The translations under genes were made by a program, and so were the position numbers. Of a stretch of DNA of 64,000 nucleotides, positions 52,801 to 64,000 are shown piece by piece; position 1 is the first letter of the stretch, and each line of letters opens with the position of its first letter. Under the pieces are notes generated by a model. The model had not been told where the DNA came from. It worked only from the letters and a program-made list of their open reading frames with translations, and did not search any database. Source of the stretch: Auanema rhodensis (Eukaryota; Animalia; Nematoda); contig OZ059897.1 in the NCBI GenBank assembly GCA_964057225.1, positions 10,974,001 to 11,038,000 on the forward strand, written 5' to 3'.

Positions 52801-54433
52801 CACGTTGTGGCCGTGGCGACACAGATTCGATTCCTGTCTTGGGCATTTTTTGTTTCGAAATTAAAATGCTATAAACATATTGCTTGCTTGTCATGTTAGA
52901 TTTGTTTAATTCAAATACTTATTTAAGTTCTATCAATTTTCGATTTAATCACGTTCAATCAACTGTATTGTTTTCAAAAATAAAGACATCTTTCAATTTC
53001 TGGTCATTGAATTAGAATTTTCATGTTGTCACACAGAAATTGAAGAATCTTAGTTCATTTCAGTAACAATGAACACACTAACTTTGTTAAGTTGTTGTAA
53101 TATCGGCCCAAGTAGTATAGTGGTTAGTACTCCACGTTGTGGCCGTGGCGACACAGGTTCGATTCCTGTCTTGGGCATTTTTTGTTTTGAAATTTAAATG
53201 CTATAAAATTATTGCTTGCTTGTCATGTTAGATTTGTTTAATTCAAATACTTATTTAAGTTCTATCAATTTTCGATTTAATCACGTTCAATCAACTGTAT
53301 TGTTTTCAAAAATAAAGACATCTTTCAATTTCTGGTCATTGAATTAGAATTTTCATGTTGTCACACAGAAATTGAAGAATCTTAGTTCATTTCAGTAACA
53401 ATGAACACACTAACTTTGTTAAGTTGTTGTAATATCGGCCCAAGTAGTATAGTGGTCAGTACTCCACGTTGTGGCCGTGGCGACACAGGTTCGATTCCTG
53501 TCTTGGGCATTTTTTGTTTTGAAATTAAAATGCTACAAAATTATTGCTTGCTTGTCATGTTAGATTTCTTTAATTTGAATACTTATTCAAGTAATAACAA
53601 TTTTCGATTTAATCACGTTCAATTAATAGTATTGTTTTCAAAAATAAAGACATCTTTCAATTTCTGGCCTTTGAATTAGAATTTTCATGTTGTCACACAG
53701 AAATTGAAGAATCTTAGTTCATTTCAGTAACAATGAACACACTAACTTTGTTAAGTTGTTGTTATATTGGCCCAAGTAATATAGTGGTTAGTACTCCACG
53801 TTGTGGCCGTGGCGACACAGATTCGATTCCTGTTTTGGGCATTTTTTGTTTTGAAATTTAAATGCTATAAAATTATTGCTTGCTTGTCATGTTAGATTTC
53901 TTTAATTTGAATACTTATTCAAGTTCTAACAATTTTTGATTTAATCACGTTCAATTAACTGTATTGTTTTCAAAAATAAAGACATCTTTCAATTTCTGGC
54001 CTTTGAATTAGAATTTTCATGTTGTCACACAGAAATTGAAGAATCTTAGTTCAATTCAGTAACACTGAACACACTAACTTTGTTAAGTTGTTGTAATATC
54101 GACCCAAGTAATATAGTGGTTAGTACTCCACGTTGTGGCCGTGGCGACACAGGTTCGATTCCTGTCTTGGGCATTTTTTGTTTTGAAATTAAAATGCTAT
54201 AAACATATTGCTAGCTTGTCATGTTAGATTTCTCTAATTTGAATACTTATTCAAGTTCTAACAATTTTTGATTTAATCACGTTTAATTAATAGTATTGTT
54301 TTCAAAAATAAAGACATCTTTCAATTTCTGGCCTTTGAATTAGAATTTTCATGTTGTCACACAGAAATTGAAGAATCTTAGTTCATTTCAGTAACAATGA
54401 ACACACTAACTTTGTTAAGTTGTTGTAATATCG

Positions 54434-54505
54434 GCCCAAGTAGTATAGTGGTTAGTACTCCACGTTGTGGCCGTGGCGACACAGGTTCGATTCCTGTCTT
54501 GGGCA
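54434..54505 (+). tRNA. trnH-GTG: tRNA-His(GTG), canonical copy
   Basis: G10 and G53 intact. Confidence 0.95.
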
Positions 54506-57500
54506 TTTTTTGTTTTGAAATTAAAATGCTATAAAATTATTGCTTGCTTGTCTTGTTAGATTTCTTTAATTTGAATACTTATTCAAGTTATAACAATTTT
54601 CGATTTAATCACGTTCAATCAACTGTATTGTTTTCAAAAATAAAGACAAAATTCAATTTCTGTTCATTGAATTAGAATTTTCATGTTGTCACACAGAAAT
54701 TGAAGAATCTTAGTTCAATTCAGTAACAATGAACACACTAACTTTGTTAAGTTGTTGTAATATCGGCCCAAGTAATATAGTGGTTAGTACTCCACGTTGT
54801 GGCCGTGGCGACACAGATTCGATTCCTGTCTTGGGCATTTTTTGTTTTGAAATTAAAATGCTACAAAATTATTGCTTGCTTGTCATGTTAGATTTCTTTA
54901 ATTCAAATACATATTTAAGTTCTAACAATTTTTGATTTAATCACGTTCAATTAACTGTATTGTTTTCAAAAATAAAGACAAAATTCAATTTCTGTTCATT
55001 GAATTAGAATTTTCATGTTGTCACACAGAAATTGAAGAATCTTAGTTCATTTCAGTAACAATGAACAGAATAACTTTGTTTAGTTGTTGTAATATCGGCC
55101 CAAGTAGTATAGTGGTTAGTACTCCACGTTGTGGCCGTGGCGACACAGGTTTGATTCCTGTCTTGGGCATTTTTTGTTTTGAAATTAAAATGCTACAAAA
55201 TTATTGCTTGCTTGTCATGTTAGATTTCTTTAATTCAAATACATATTTAAGTTCTAACAATTTTTGATTTAATCACGTTCAATTAACTGTATTGTTTTCA
55301 AAAATAAAGACAAAATTCAATTTCTGTTCATTGAATTAGAATTTTCATGTTGTCACACAGAAATTGAAGAATCTTAGTTCATTTCAGTAACAATGAACAG
55401 AATAACTTTGTTTAGTTGTTGTCATATCGGCCTAAGTAGTATAGTGGTTAGTACTCCACGTTGTGGCCGTGGCGACACAGGTTCGATTCCTGTCTTGGGC
55501 ATTTTTTGTTTTGAAATTAAAATGCTATAAACATATTGCTTGCTTGTCATGTTAGATTTCTTTAATTCAAATACTTATTTAAGTTCTAACAATTTTTGAT
55601 TTAATCACGTTCAATTAACTGTATTGTTTTCAAAAATAAAGACATCTTTCAATTTCTGGTCATTGAATTAGAATTTTCATGTTGTCACACAGAAATTGAA
55701 GATTCTTAGTTCAATTCAGTAACAATGAACACACTAACTTTTTTAAGTTGTTGTGATATCGGCCCAAGTAATATAGTGGTTAGTACTCCACGTTGTGGCC
55801 GTGGCGACACAGATTCGATTCCTGTCTTGGGCATTTTTTGTTTTGAAATTAAAATGCTACAAAATTATTGCTTGCTTGTCATGTTAGATTTCTTTAATTT
55901 GAATACTTATTCAAGTTATAACAATTTTTGATTTAATCACGTTCAATCAACTGTATTGTTTTCAAAAATAAAGACATCTTTCAATTTCTGGTCATTGAAT
56001 TAGAATTTTCATGTTGTCACACAGAAATTGAAGAATCTTAGTTCATTTCAGTAACAATGAACACACTAACTTTGTTAAGTTGTTGTAATATCGGCCCAAG
56101 TAGTATAGTGGTTAGTACTCCACGTTGTGGCCGTGGCGACACAGGTTCGATTCCTGTCTTGGGCATTTTTTGTTTTGAAATTTAAATGCTATAAAATTAT
56201 TGCTTGCTTGTCATGTTAGATTTTTTTAATTTGAATACTTATTCAAGTTTTAACAATTTTGGATTTAATCACGTTCAATCAACTGTATTGTTTTCAAAAA
56301 TAAAGACATCTTTCAATTTCTGGTCATTGAATTTGAATTTTCATGTTGTCACACAGAAATTGAAGAATCTTAGTTCATTTCAGTAACAATGAACACACTT
56401 ACTTTGTTAAGTTGTTGTAATATCGGCCCAAGTAGTATAGTGGTTAGTACTCCACGTTGTGGCCGTGGCGACACAGATTCGATTCCTGTCTTGGGCATTT
56501 TTTGTTTTGAAATTAAAATGCTATAAACATATTGCTTGCTTGTCATGTTAGATTTGTTTAATTCAAATACTTATTTAAGTTCTAACAATTTTCGATTTAA
56601 TCACGTTCAATCAACTGTATTGTTTTCAAAAATAAAGACATCTTTCAATTTCTGTTCATTGAATTAGAATTTTCATGTTGTCACACAGAAATTGAAGAAT
56701 CTTAGTTCAATTCAGTAACAATGAACACACTAACTTTGTTAAGTTGTTGTAATATCGGCCCAAGTAATATAGTGGTTAGTACTCCACGTTGTGGCCGTGG
56801 CGACACAGATTCGATTCCTGTCTTGGGCATTTTTTGTTTTGAAATTAAAATGCTACAAAATTATTGCTTGCTTGTCATGTTAGATTTCTTTAATTCAAAT
56901 ACATATTTAAGTTCTAACAATTTTTGATTTAATCACGTTCAATTAACTGTATTGTTTTCAAAAATAAAGACAAAATTCAATTTCTGTTCATTGAATTAGA
57001 ATTTTCATGTTGTCACACTGAAATTGAAGAATCTTAGTTCATTTCAGTAACAATGAACAGAATAACTTTGTTTAGTTGTTGTAATATCGGCCCAAGTAGT
57101 ATAGTGGTTAGTACTCCACGTTGTGGCCGTGGCGACACAGGTTTGATTCCTGTCTTGGGCATTTTTTGTTTTGAAATTAAAATGCTACAAAATTATTGCT
57201 TGCTTGTCATGTTAGATTTCTTTAATTCAAATACATATTTAAGTTCTAACAATTTTTGATTTAATCACGTTCAATTAACTGTATTGTTTTCAAAAATAAA
57301 GACATCTTTCAATTTCTGGTCATTGAATTAGAATTTTCATGTTGTCACACAGAAATTGAAGAATCTTAGTTCATTTCAGTAACAATGAACACACTAACTT
57401 TGTTAAGTTGTTGTAATATCGGCCCAAGTAGTATAGTGGTTAGTACTCCACGTTGTGGCCGTGGCGACACAGGTTCGATTCCTGTCTTGGGCATTTTTTG

Positions 57501-60500
57501 TTTTGAAATTAAAATGCTATAAAATTATTGCTTGCTTGTCTTGTTAGATTTCTTTAATTTGAATACTTATTCAAGTTATAACAATTTTCGATTTAATCAC
57601 GTTCAATCAACTGTATTGTTTTCAAAAATAAAGACAAAATTCAATTTCTGTTCATTGAATTAGAATTTTCATGTTGTCACACAGAAATTGAAGAATCTTA
57701 GTTCAATTCAGTAACAATGAACACACTAACTTTGTTAAGTTGTTGTAATATCGGCCCAAGTAATATAGTGGTTAGTACTCCACGTTGTGGCCGTGGCGAC
57801 ACAGATTCGATTCCTGTCTTGGGCATTTTTTGTTTTGAAATTAAAATGCTACAAAATTATTGCTTGCTTGTCATGTTAGATTTCTTTAATTCAAATACAT
57901 ATTTAAGTTCTAACAATTTTTGATTTAATCACGTTCAATTAACTGTATTGTTTTCAAAAATAAAGACAAAATTCAATTTCTGTTCATTGAATTAGAATTT
58001 TCATGTTGTCACACAGAAATTGAAGAATCTTAGTTCATTTCAGTAACAATGAACAGAATAACTTTGTTTAGTTGTTGTAATATCGGCCCAAGTAGTATAG
58101 TGGTTAGTACTCCACGTTGTGGCCGTGGCGACACAGGTTTGATTCCTGTCTTGGGCATTTTTTGTTTTGAAATTAAAATGCTACAAAATTATTGCTTGCT
58201 TGTCATGTTAGATTTCTTTAATTCAAATACATATTTAAGTTCTAACAATTTTTGATTTAATCACGTTCAATTAACTGTATTGTTTTCAAAAATAAAGACA
58301 AAATTCAATTTCTGTTCATTGAATTAGAATTTTCATGTTGTCACACAGAAATTGAAGAATCTTAGTTCATTTCAGTAACAATGAACAGAATAACTTTGTT
58401 TAGTTGTTGTCATATCGGCCTAAGTAGTATAGTGGTTAGTACTCCACGTTGTGGCCGTGGCGACACAGGTTCGATTCCTGTCTTGGGCATTTTTTGTTTT
58501 GAAATTAAAATGCTATAAACATATTGCTTGCTTGTCATGTTAGATTTCTTTAATTCAAATACTTATTTAAGTTCTAACAATTTTTGATTTAATCACGTTC
58601 AATTAACTGTATTGTTTTCAAAAATAAAGACATCTTTCAATTTCTGGTCATTGAATTAGAATTTTCATGTTGTCACACAGAAATTGAAGATTCTTAGTTC
58701 AATTCAGTAACAATGAACACACTAACTTTTTTAAGTTGTTGTGATATCGGCCCAAGTAATATAGTGGTTAGTACTCCACGTTGTGGCCGTGGCGACACAG
58801 ATTCGATTCCTGTCTTGGGCATTTTTTGTTTTGAAATTAAAATGCTACAAAATTATTGCTTGCTTGTCATGTTAGATTTCTTTAATTTGAATACTTATTC
58901 AAGTTATAACAATTTTTGATTTAATCACGTTCAATCAACTGTATTGTTTTCAAAAATAAAGACATCTTTCAATTTCTGGTCATTGAATTAGAATTTTCAT
59001 GTTGTCACACAGAAATTGAAGAATCTTAGTTCATTTCAGTAACAATGAACACACTAACTTTGTTAAGTTGTTGTAATATCGGCCCTAGTAGTATAGTGGT
59101 TAGTACTCCACGTTGTGGCCGTGGCGACACAGGTTCGATTCCTGTCTTGGGCATTTTTTGTTTTGAAATTTAAATGCTATAAAATTATTGCTTGCTTGTC
59201 ATGTTAGATTTTTTTAATTTGAATACTTATTCAAGTTTTAACAATTTTGGATTTAATCACGTTCAATCAACTGTATTGTTTTCAAAAATAAAGACATCTT
59301 TCAATTTCTGGTCATTGAATTTGAATTTTCATGTTGTCACACAGAAATTGAAGAATCTTAGTTCATTTCAGTAACAATGAACACACTTACTTTGTTAAGT
59401 TGTTGTAATATCGGCCCAAGTAGTATAGTGGTTAGTACTCCACGTTGTGGCCGTGGCGACACAGATTCGATTCCTGTCTTGGGCATTTTTTGTTTTGAAA
59501 TTAAAATGCTATAAACATATTGCTTGCTTGTCATGTTAGATTTGTTTAATTCAAATACTTATTTAAGTTCTAACAATTTTCGATTTAATCACGTTCAATC
59601 AACTGTATTGTTTTCAAAAATAAAGACATCTTTCAATTTCTGGTCATTGAATTAGAATTTTCATGTTGTCACACAGAAATTGAAGAATCTTAGTTCATTT
59701 CAGTAACAATGAACACACTAACTTTGTTAAGTTGTTGTAATATCGGCCCAAGTAGTATAGTGGTCAGTACTCCACGTTGTGGCCGTGGCGACACAGATTC
59801 GATTCCTGTCTTGGGCATTTTTTGTTTCGAAATTAAAATGCTATAAACATATTGCTTGCTTGTCATGTTAGATTTGTTTAATTCAAATACTTATTTAAGT
59901 TCCAACAATTTTTGATTTAATCACGTTCAATTAACTGTATTGTTTTCAAAAATAAAGACATCTTTCAATTTCTGGTCATTGAATTAGAATTTTCATGTTG
60001 TCACACAGAAATTGAAGATTCTTAGTTCAATTCAGTAACAATGAACACACTAACTTTTTTAAGTTGTTGTGATATCGGCCCAAGTAGTATAGTGGTTAGT
60101 ACTCCACGTTGTGGCCGTGGCGACACAGATTCGATTCCTGTCTTGGGCATTTTTTGTTTTGAAATTTAAATGCTATAAAATTATTGCTTGCTTGTCATGT
60201 TAGATTTGTTTAATTCAAATACTTATTTAAGTTCCAACAATTTTCAATCAAATCACGTTCATTTAACTGTATTGTTTTCAAAAATAAAGACAAAATTCAA
60301 TTTCTGTTCGTTGAATTAGAATTTTCATGTTGTCACACAGAAATTGAAGAATCTTAGTTCATTTCAGTAACAATGAACACACTAACTTTGTTAAGTTGTT
60401 GTAATATCGGCCCAAGTAGTATAGTGGTTAGTACTCCACGTTGTGGCCGTGGCGACACAGGTTCGATTCCTGTCTTGGGCATTTTTTGTTTTGAAATTAA

Positions 60501-63396
60501 AATGCTATAAAATTATTGCTTGCTTGTCTTGTTAGATTTCTTTAATTTGAATACTTATTCAAGTTATAACAATTTTCGATTTAATCACGTTCAATCAACT
60601 GTATTGTTTTCAAAAATAAAGACAAAATTCAATTTCTGTTCGTTGAATTAGAATTTTCATGTTGTCACACAGAAATTGAAGAATCTTAGTTCATTTCAGT
60701 AACAATGAACACACTAACTTTGTTAAGTTGTTGTAATATCGGCCCAAGTAATATAGTGGTTAGTACTCCACGTTGTGGCCGTGGCGACACAGATTCGATT
60801 CCTGTCTTGGGCATTTTTTGTTTTGAAATTAAAATGCTACAAAATTATTGCTTGCTTGTCATGTTAGATTTCTTTAATTCAAATACATATTTAAGTTCTA
60901 ACAATTTTTGATTTAATCACGTTCAATTAACTGTATTGTTTTCAAAAATAAAGACAAAATTCAATTTCTGTTCATTGAATTAGAATTTTCATGTTGTCAC
61001 ACAGAAATTGAAGAATCTTAGTTCATTTCAGTAACAATGAACACACTAACTTTTTTAAGTTGTTGTGATATCGGCCCAAGTAATATAGTGGTTAGTACTC
61101 CACGTTGTGGCCGTGGCGACACAGATTCGATTCCTGTCTTGGGCATTTTTGTTTTGAAATTAAAATGCTACAAAATTATTGCTTGCTTGTCATGTTAGAT
61201 TTCTTTAATTTGAATACTTATTCAAGTTATAACAATTTTTGATTTAATCACGTTCAATCAACTGTATTGTTTTCAAAAATAAAGACAAAATTCAATTTCT
61301 GTTCATTGAATTAGAATTTTCATGTTGTCACACAGAAATTGAAGAATCTTAGTTCAATTCAGTAACAATGAACACACTAACTTTGTTAAGTTGTTGTGAT
61401 ATCGGCCCAAGTAATATAGTGGTTAGTACTCCACGTTGTGGCCGTGGCGACACAGATTCGATTCCTGTCTTGGGCATTTTTTGTTTTGAAATTAATGTGC
61501 TACAAAATTATTGCTTGCTTGTCATGTTAGATTTCTATAATTTGAATACTTTTTCAAGTTATAACAATTTTTGATTTAATCACGTTCAATTAACTGTATT
61601 GTTTTCAGAAATAAAGACATCTTTCAATTTCTGGTCATTGAATTAGAATTTTCATGTTGTCACACAGAAATTGAAGATTCTTAGTTCAATTCAGTAACAA
61701 TGAACACACTAACTTTGTTAAGTTGTTGTGATATCGGCCCAAGTAATATAGTGGTTAGTACTCCACGTTGTGGCCGTGGCGACACAGATTCGATTCCTGT
61801 CTTGGGCATTTTTTGTTTTGAAATTAAAATGCTACAAAATTATTGCTTGCTTGTCATGTTAGATTTCTTTAATTTGAATACTTATTCAAGTTATAACAAT
61901 TTTTGATTTAATCACGTTCAATCAACTGTATTGTTTTCAAAAATAAAGACAAAATTCAATTTCTGTTCATTGAATTAGAATTTTCATGTTGTCACACAGA
62001 AATTGAAGAATCTTAGTTCAATTCAGTAACAATGAACACACTAACTTTGTTAAGTTGTTGTAATATCGGCTCAAGTAATATAGTGGTTAGTACTCCACGT
62101 TGTGGCCGTGGCGACACAGATTCGATTCCTGTTTTGGGCATTTTTTGTTTTGAAATTTAAATGCTATAAAATTATTGCTTGCTTGTCATGTTAGATTTCT
62201 TTAATTTGAATATTTATTCAAGTTATAACAATTTTCGATTTAATCACGTTCAATCAACTGTATTGTTTTCAAAAATAAAGACAAAATTCAATTTCTGTTC
62301 ATTGAATTAGAATTTTCATGTTGTCACACAGAAATTGAAGAATCTTAGTTCATTTCAGTAACAATGAACAGAATAACTTTGTTTAGTTGTTGTAATATCG
62401 GCCCAAGTAGTATAGTGGTTAGTACTCCACGTTGTGGCCGTGGCGACACAGGTTCGATTCCTGTCTTGGGCATTTTTTGTTTTGAAATTAAAATGCTATA
62501 AACATATTGCTAGCTTGTCATGTTAGATTTCTTTAATTTGAATACTTATTCAAGTTCTAACAATTTTTAATTTAATCACGTTTAATTAATAGTATTGTTT
62601 TCAAAAATAAAGACATCTTTCAATTTCTGGCCTTTGAATTAGAATTTTCATGTTGTCACACAGAAATTGAAGAATCTTAGTTCAATTCAGTAACAATGAA
62701 CACACTAACTTTGTTAAGTTGTTGTAATATCGGCCCAAGTAATATAGTGGTTAGTACTCCACGTTGTGGCCGTGGCGACACAGATTCGATTCCTTTGTTG
62801 GGCATTTTTCGTTTTGAAATTAAAATGCTACAAAATTATTGCTTGCTTGTCATGTTAGATTTCTTTAATTTGAATACTTATTCAAGTAATAACAATTTTC
62901 GATTTAATCACGTTCAATTAATAGTATTGTTTTCAAAAATAAAGACATCTTTCAATTTCTGGCCTTTGAATTAGAATTTTCATGTTGTGACACAGAAATT
63001 GAAGAATCTTAGTTCATTTCAGTAACAATGAACACACTAACTTTGTTAAGTTGTTGTTATATTGGCCCAAGTAATATAGTGGTTAGTACTCCACGTTGTG
63101 GCCGTGGCGACACAGATTCGATTCCTGTCTTGGGCATTTTTTGTTTTGAAATTAAAATGCTACAAAATTATTGCTTGCTTGTCATGTTAGATTTCTTTAA
63201 TTTGAATACTTATTCAAGTTATAACAATTTTTGATTTAATCACGTTCAATCAACTGTATTGTTTTCAAAAATAAAGACATCTTTCAATTTCTGGTCATTG
63301 AATTAGAATTTTCATGTTGTCACACAGAAATTGAAGAATCTTAGTTCATTTCAGTAACAATGAACACACTAACTTTGTTAAGTTGTTGTAATATCG

Positions 63397-63468
63397 GCCC
63401 AAGTAGTATAGTGGTTAGTACTCCACGTTGTGGCCGTGGCGACACAGGTTCGATTCCTGTCTTGGGCA
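63397..63468 (+). tRNA. trnH-GTG: tRNA-His(GTG), last canonical copy in the window
   Basis: G10 and G53 intact; T6 terminator. Confidence 0.95.
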
Positions 63469-63728
63469 TTTTTTGTTTTGAAATTTAAATGCTATAAAAT
63501 TATTGCTTGCTTGTCATGTTAGATTTTTTTAATTTGAATACTTATTCAAGTTTTAACAATTTTGGATTTAATCACGTTCAATCAACTGTATTGTTTTCAA
63601 AAATAAAGACATCTTTCAATTTCTGGTCATTGAATTTGAATTTTCATGTTGTCACACAGAAATTGAAGAATCTTAGTTCATTTCAGTAACAATGAACACA
63701 CTTACTTTGTTAAGTTGTTGTAATATCG

Positions 63729-63800
63729 GCCCAAGTAGTATAGTGGTTAGTACTCCACGTTGTGGCCGTGGCGACACAGATTCGATTCCTGTCTTGGGCA
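63729..63800 (+). tRNA. trnH-GTG: tRNA-His(GTG), G53A variant, last complete copy
   Basis: Cloverleaf with AGATTCG. Confidence 0.9.
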
Positions 63801-64000
63801 TTTTTTGTTTTGAAATTAAAATGCTATAAACATATTGCTTGCTTGTCATGTTAGATTTGTTTAATTCAAATACTTATTTAAGTTCTAACAATTTTCGATT
63901 TAATCACGTTCAATCAACTGTATTGTTTTCAAAAATAAAGACATCTTTCAATTTCTGGTCATTGAATTAGAATTTTCATGTTGTCACACAGAAATTGAAG

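Larger units (their letters stand above)
322..63800 (+). tRNA. trnH-GTG: Cluster of 192 complete tRNA-His(GTG) genes and pseudogenes, one per unit
   Basis: Each folds as a cloverleaf: acceptor GCCCAAG/CTTGGGC plus A73, D-stem GTAT/GTAC, anticodon stem CCACG/CGTGG with loop TT-GTG-GC, T-stem ACAGG/CCTGT with loop TTCGATT. The D-arm and anticodon loop match eukaryotic cytosolic tRNA-His (GTATAGTGGTTAGTAC, TTGTGGC). Confidence 0.97.
1..64000 (+). repeat. Tandem array of a 332-bp tRNA-His(GTG) gene unit (about 193 units, extending past both window ends)
   Basis: The same unit recurs every 332 bp (tRNA G1 at 322, 654, 986, 1318 ... 63729). ORF-track spacings are multiples of 332 except for -4 (40789 to 41781 = 992) and -1 (60705 to 61368 = 663). 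Confidence 0.99.

Noticed and set aside
62069-62140. C3T creating a 3:70 wobble like the alanine identity element
   Set aside because: The orientation is U3:G70 rather than G3:U70, it is a single copy, and it also carries G10A, G53A and C66T.
266-63689. Repeated 60-92 aa ORFs on both strands (MNTLTLLSCC..., MLELKYVF..., MLVMLDFF...)
   Set aside because: They overlap the tRNA gene or AT-rich spacer, open and close with single spacer SNPs (TAC/TAA/TGA toggles), and resemble no protein family I recognise.
1-64000. CRISPR-like repeat-spacer array
   Set aside because: The spacers are near-identical rather than unique, the period is 332 bp, and no cas genes are present.
1-64000. Whole array as a pure assembly artefact
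   Set aside because: Many distinct haplotypes, private SNPs and region-specific families argue for a real array, although individual exact block duplications still need read support.

Overview
The whole 64-kb window is one uninterrupted head-to-tail tandem array of a 332-bp unit. Each unit holds an intronless eukaryotic nuclear tRNA-His(GTG) gene (72 bp, + strand, A73, no encoded CCA, preceded by a genomic G at -1), an oligo-T Pol III terminator, and an AT-rich spacer of about 250 bp. There are 192 complete tRNA copies plus one partial copy at 1-61. G1 lies at 322+332k, shifted by -4 after 41561 and by a further -1 after 61145. The array runs off both ends. No real protein-coding gene is supported; all track ORFs are by-products of the repeat. 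By manual count about 56 of 192 copies are fully canonical, about 106 carry G53A in the B box/T-stem (often with G10A in the A box/D-stem), and about 30 carry other substitutions. The units form satellite-like higher-order repeats (2-, 6-, 7-, 10- and 12-mers, plus long-range block copies), with only two indels in 64 kb. The best candidate for a novel system is a tRNA-His gene array that evolves like, and may function as, structural satellite DNA. All counts are by eye and need computational confirmation.
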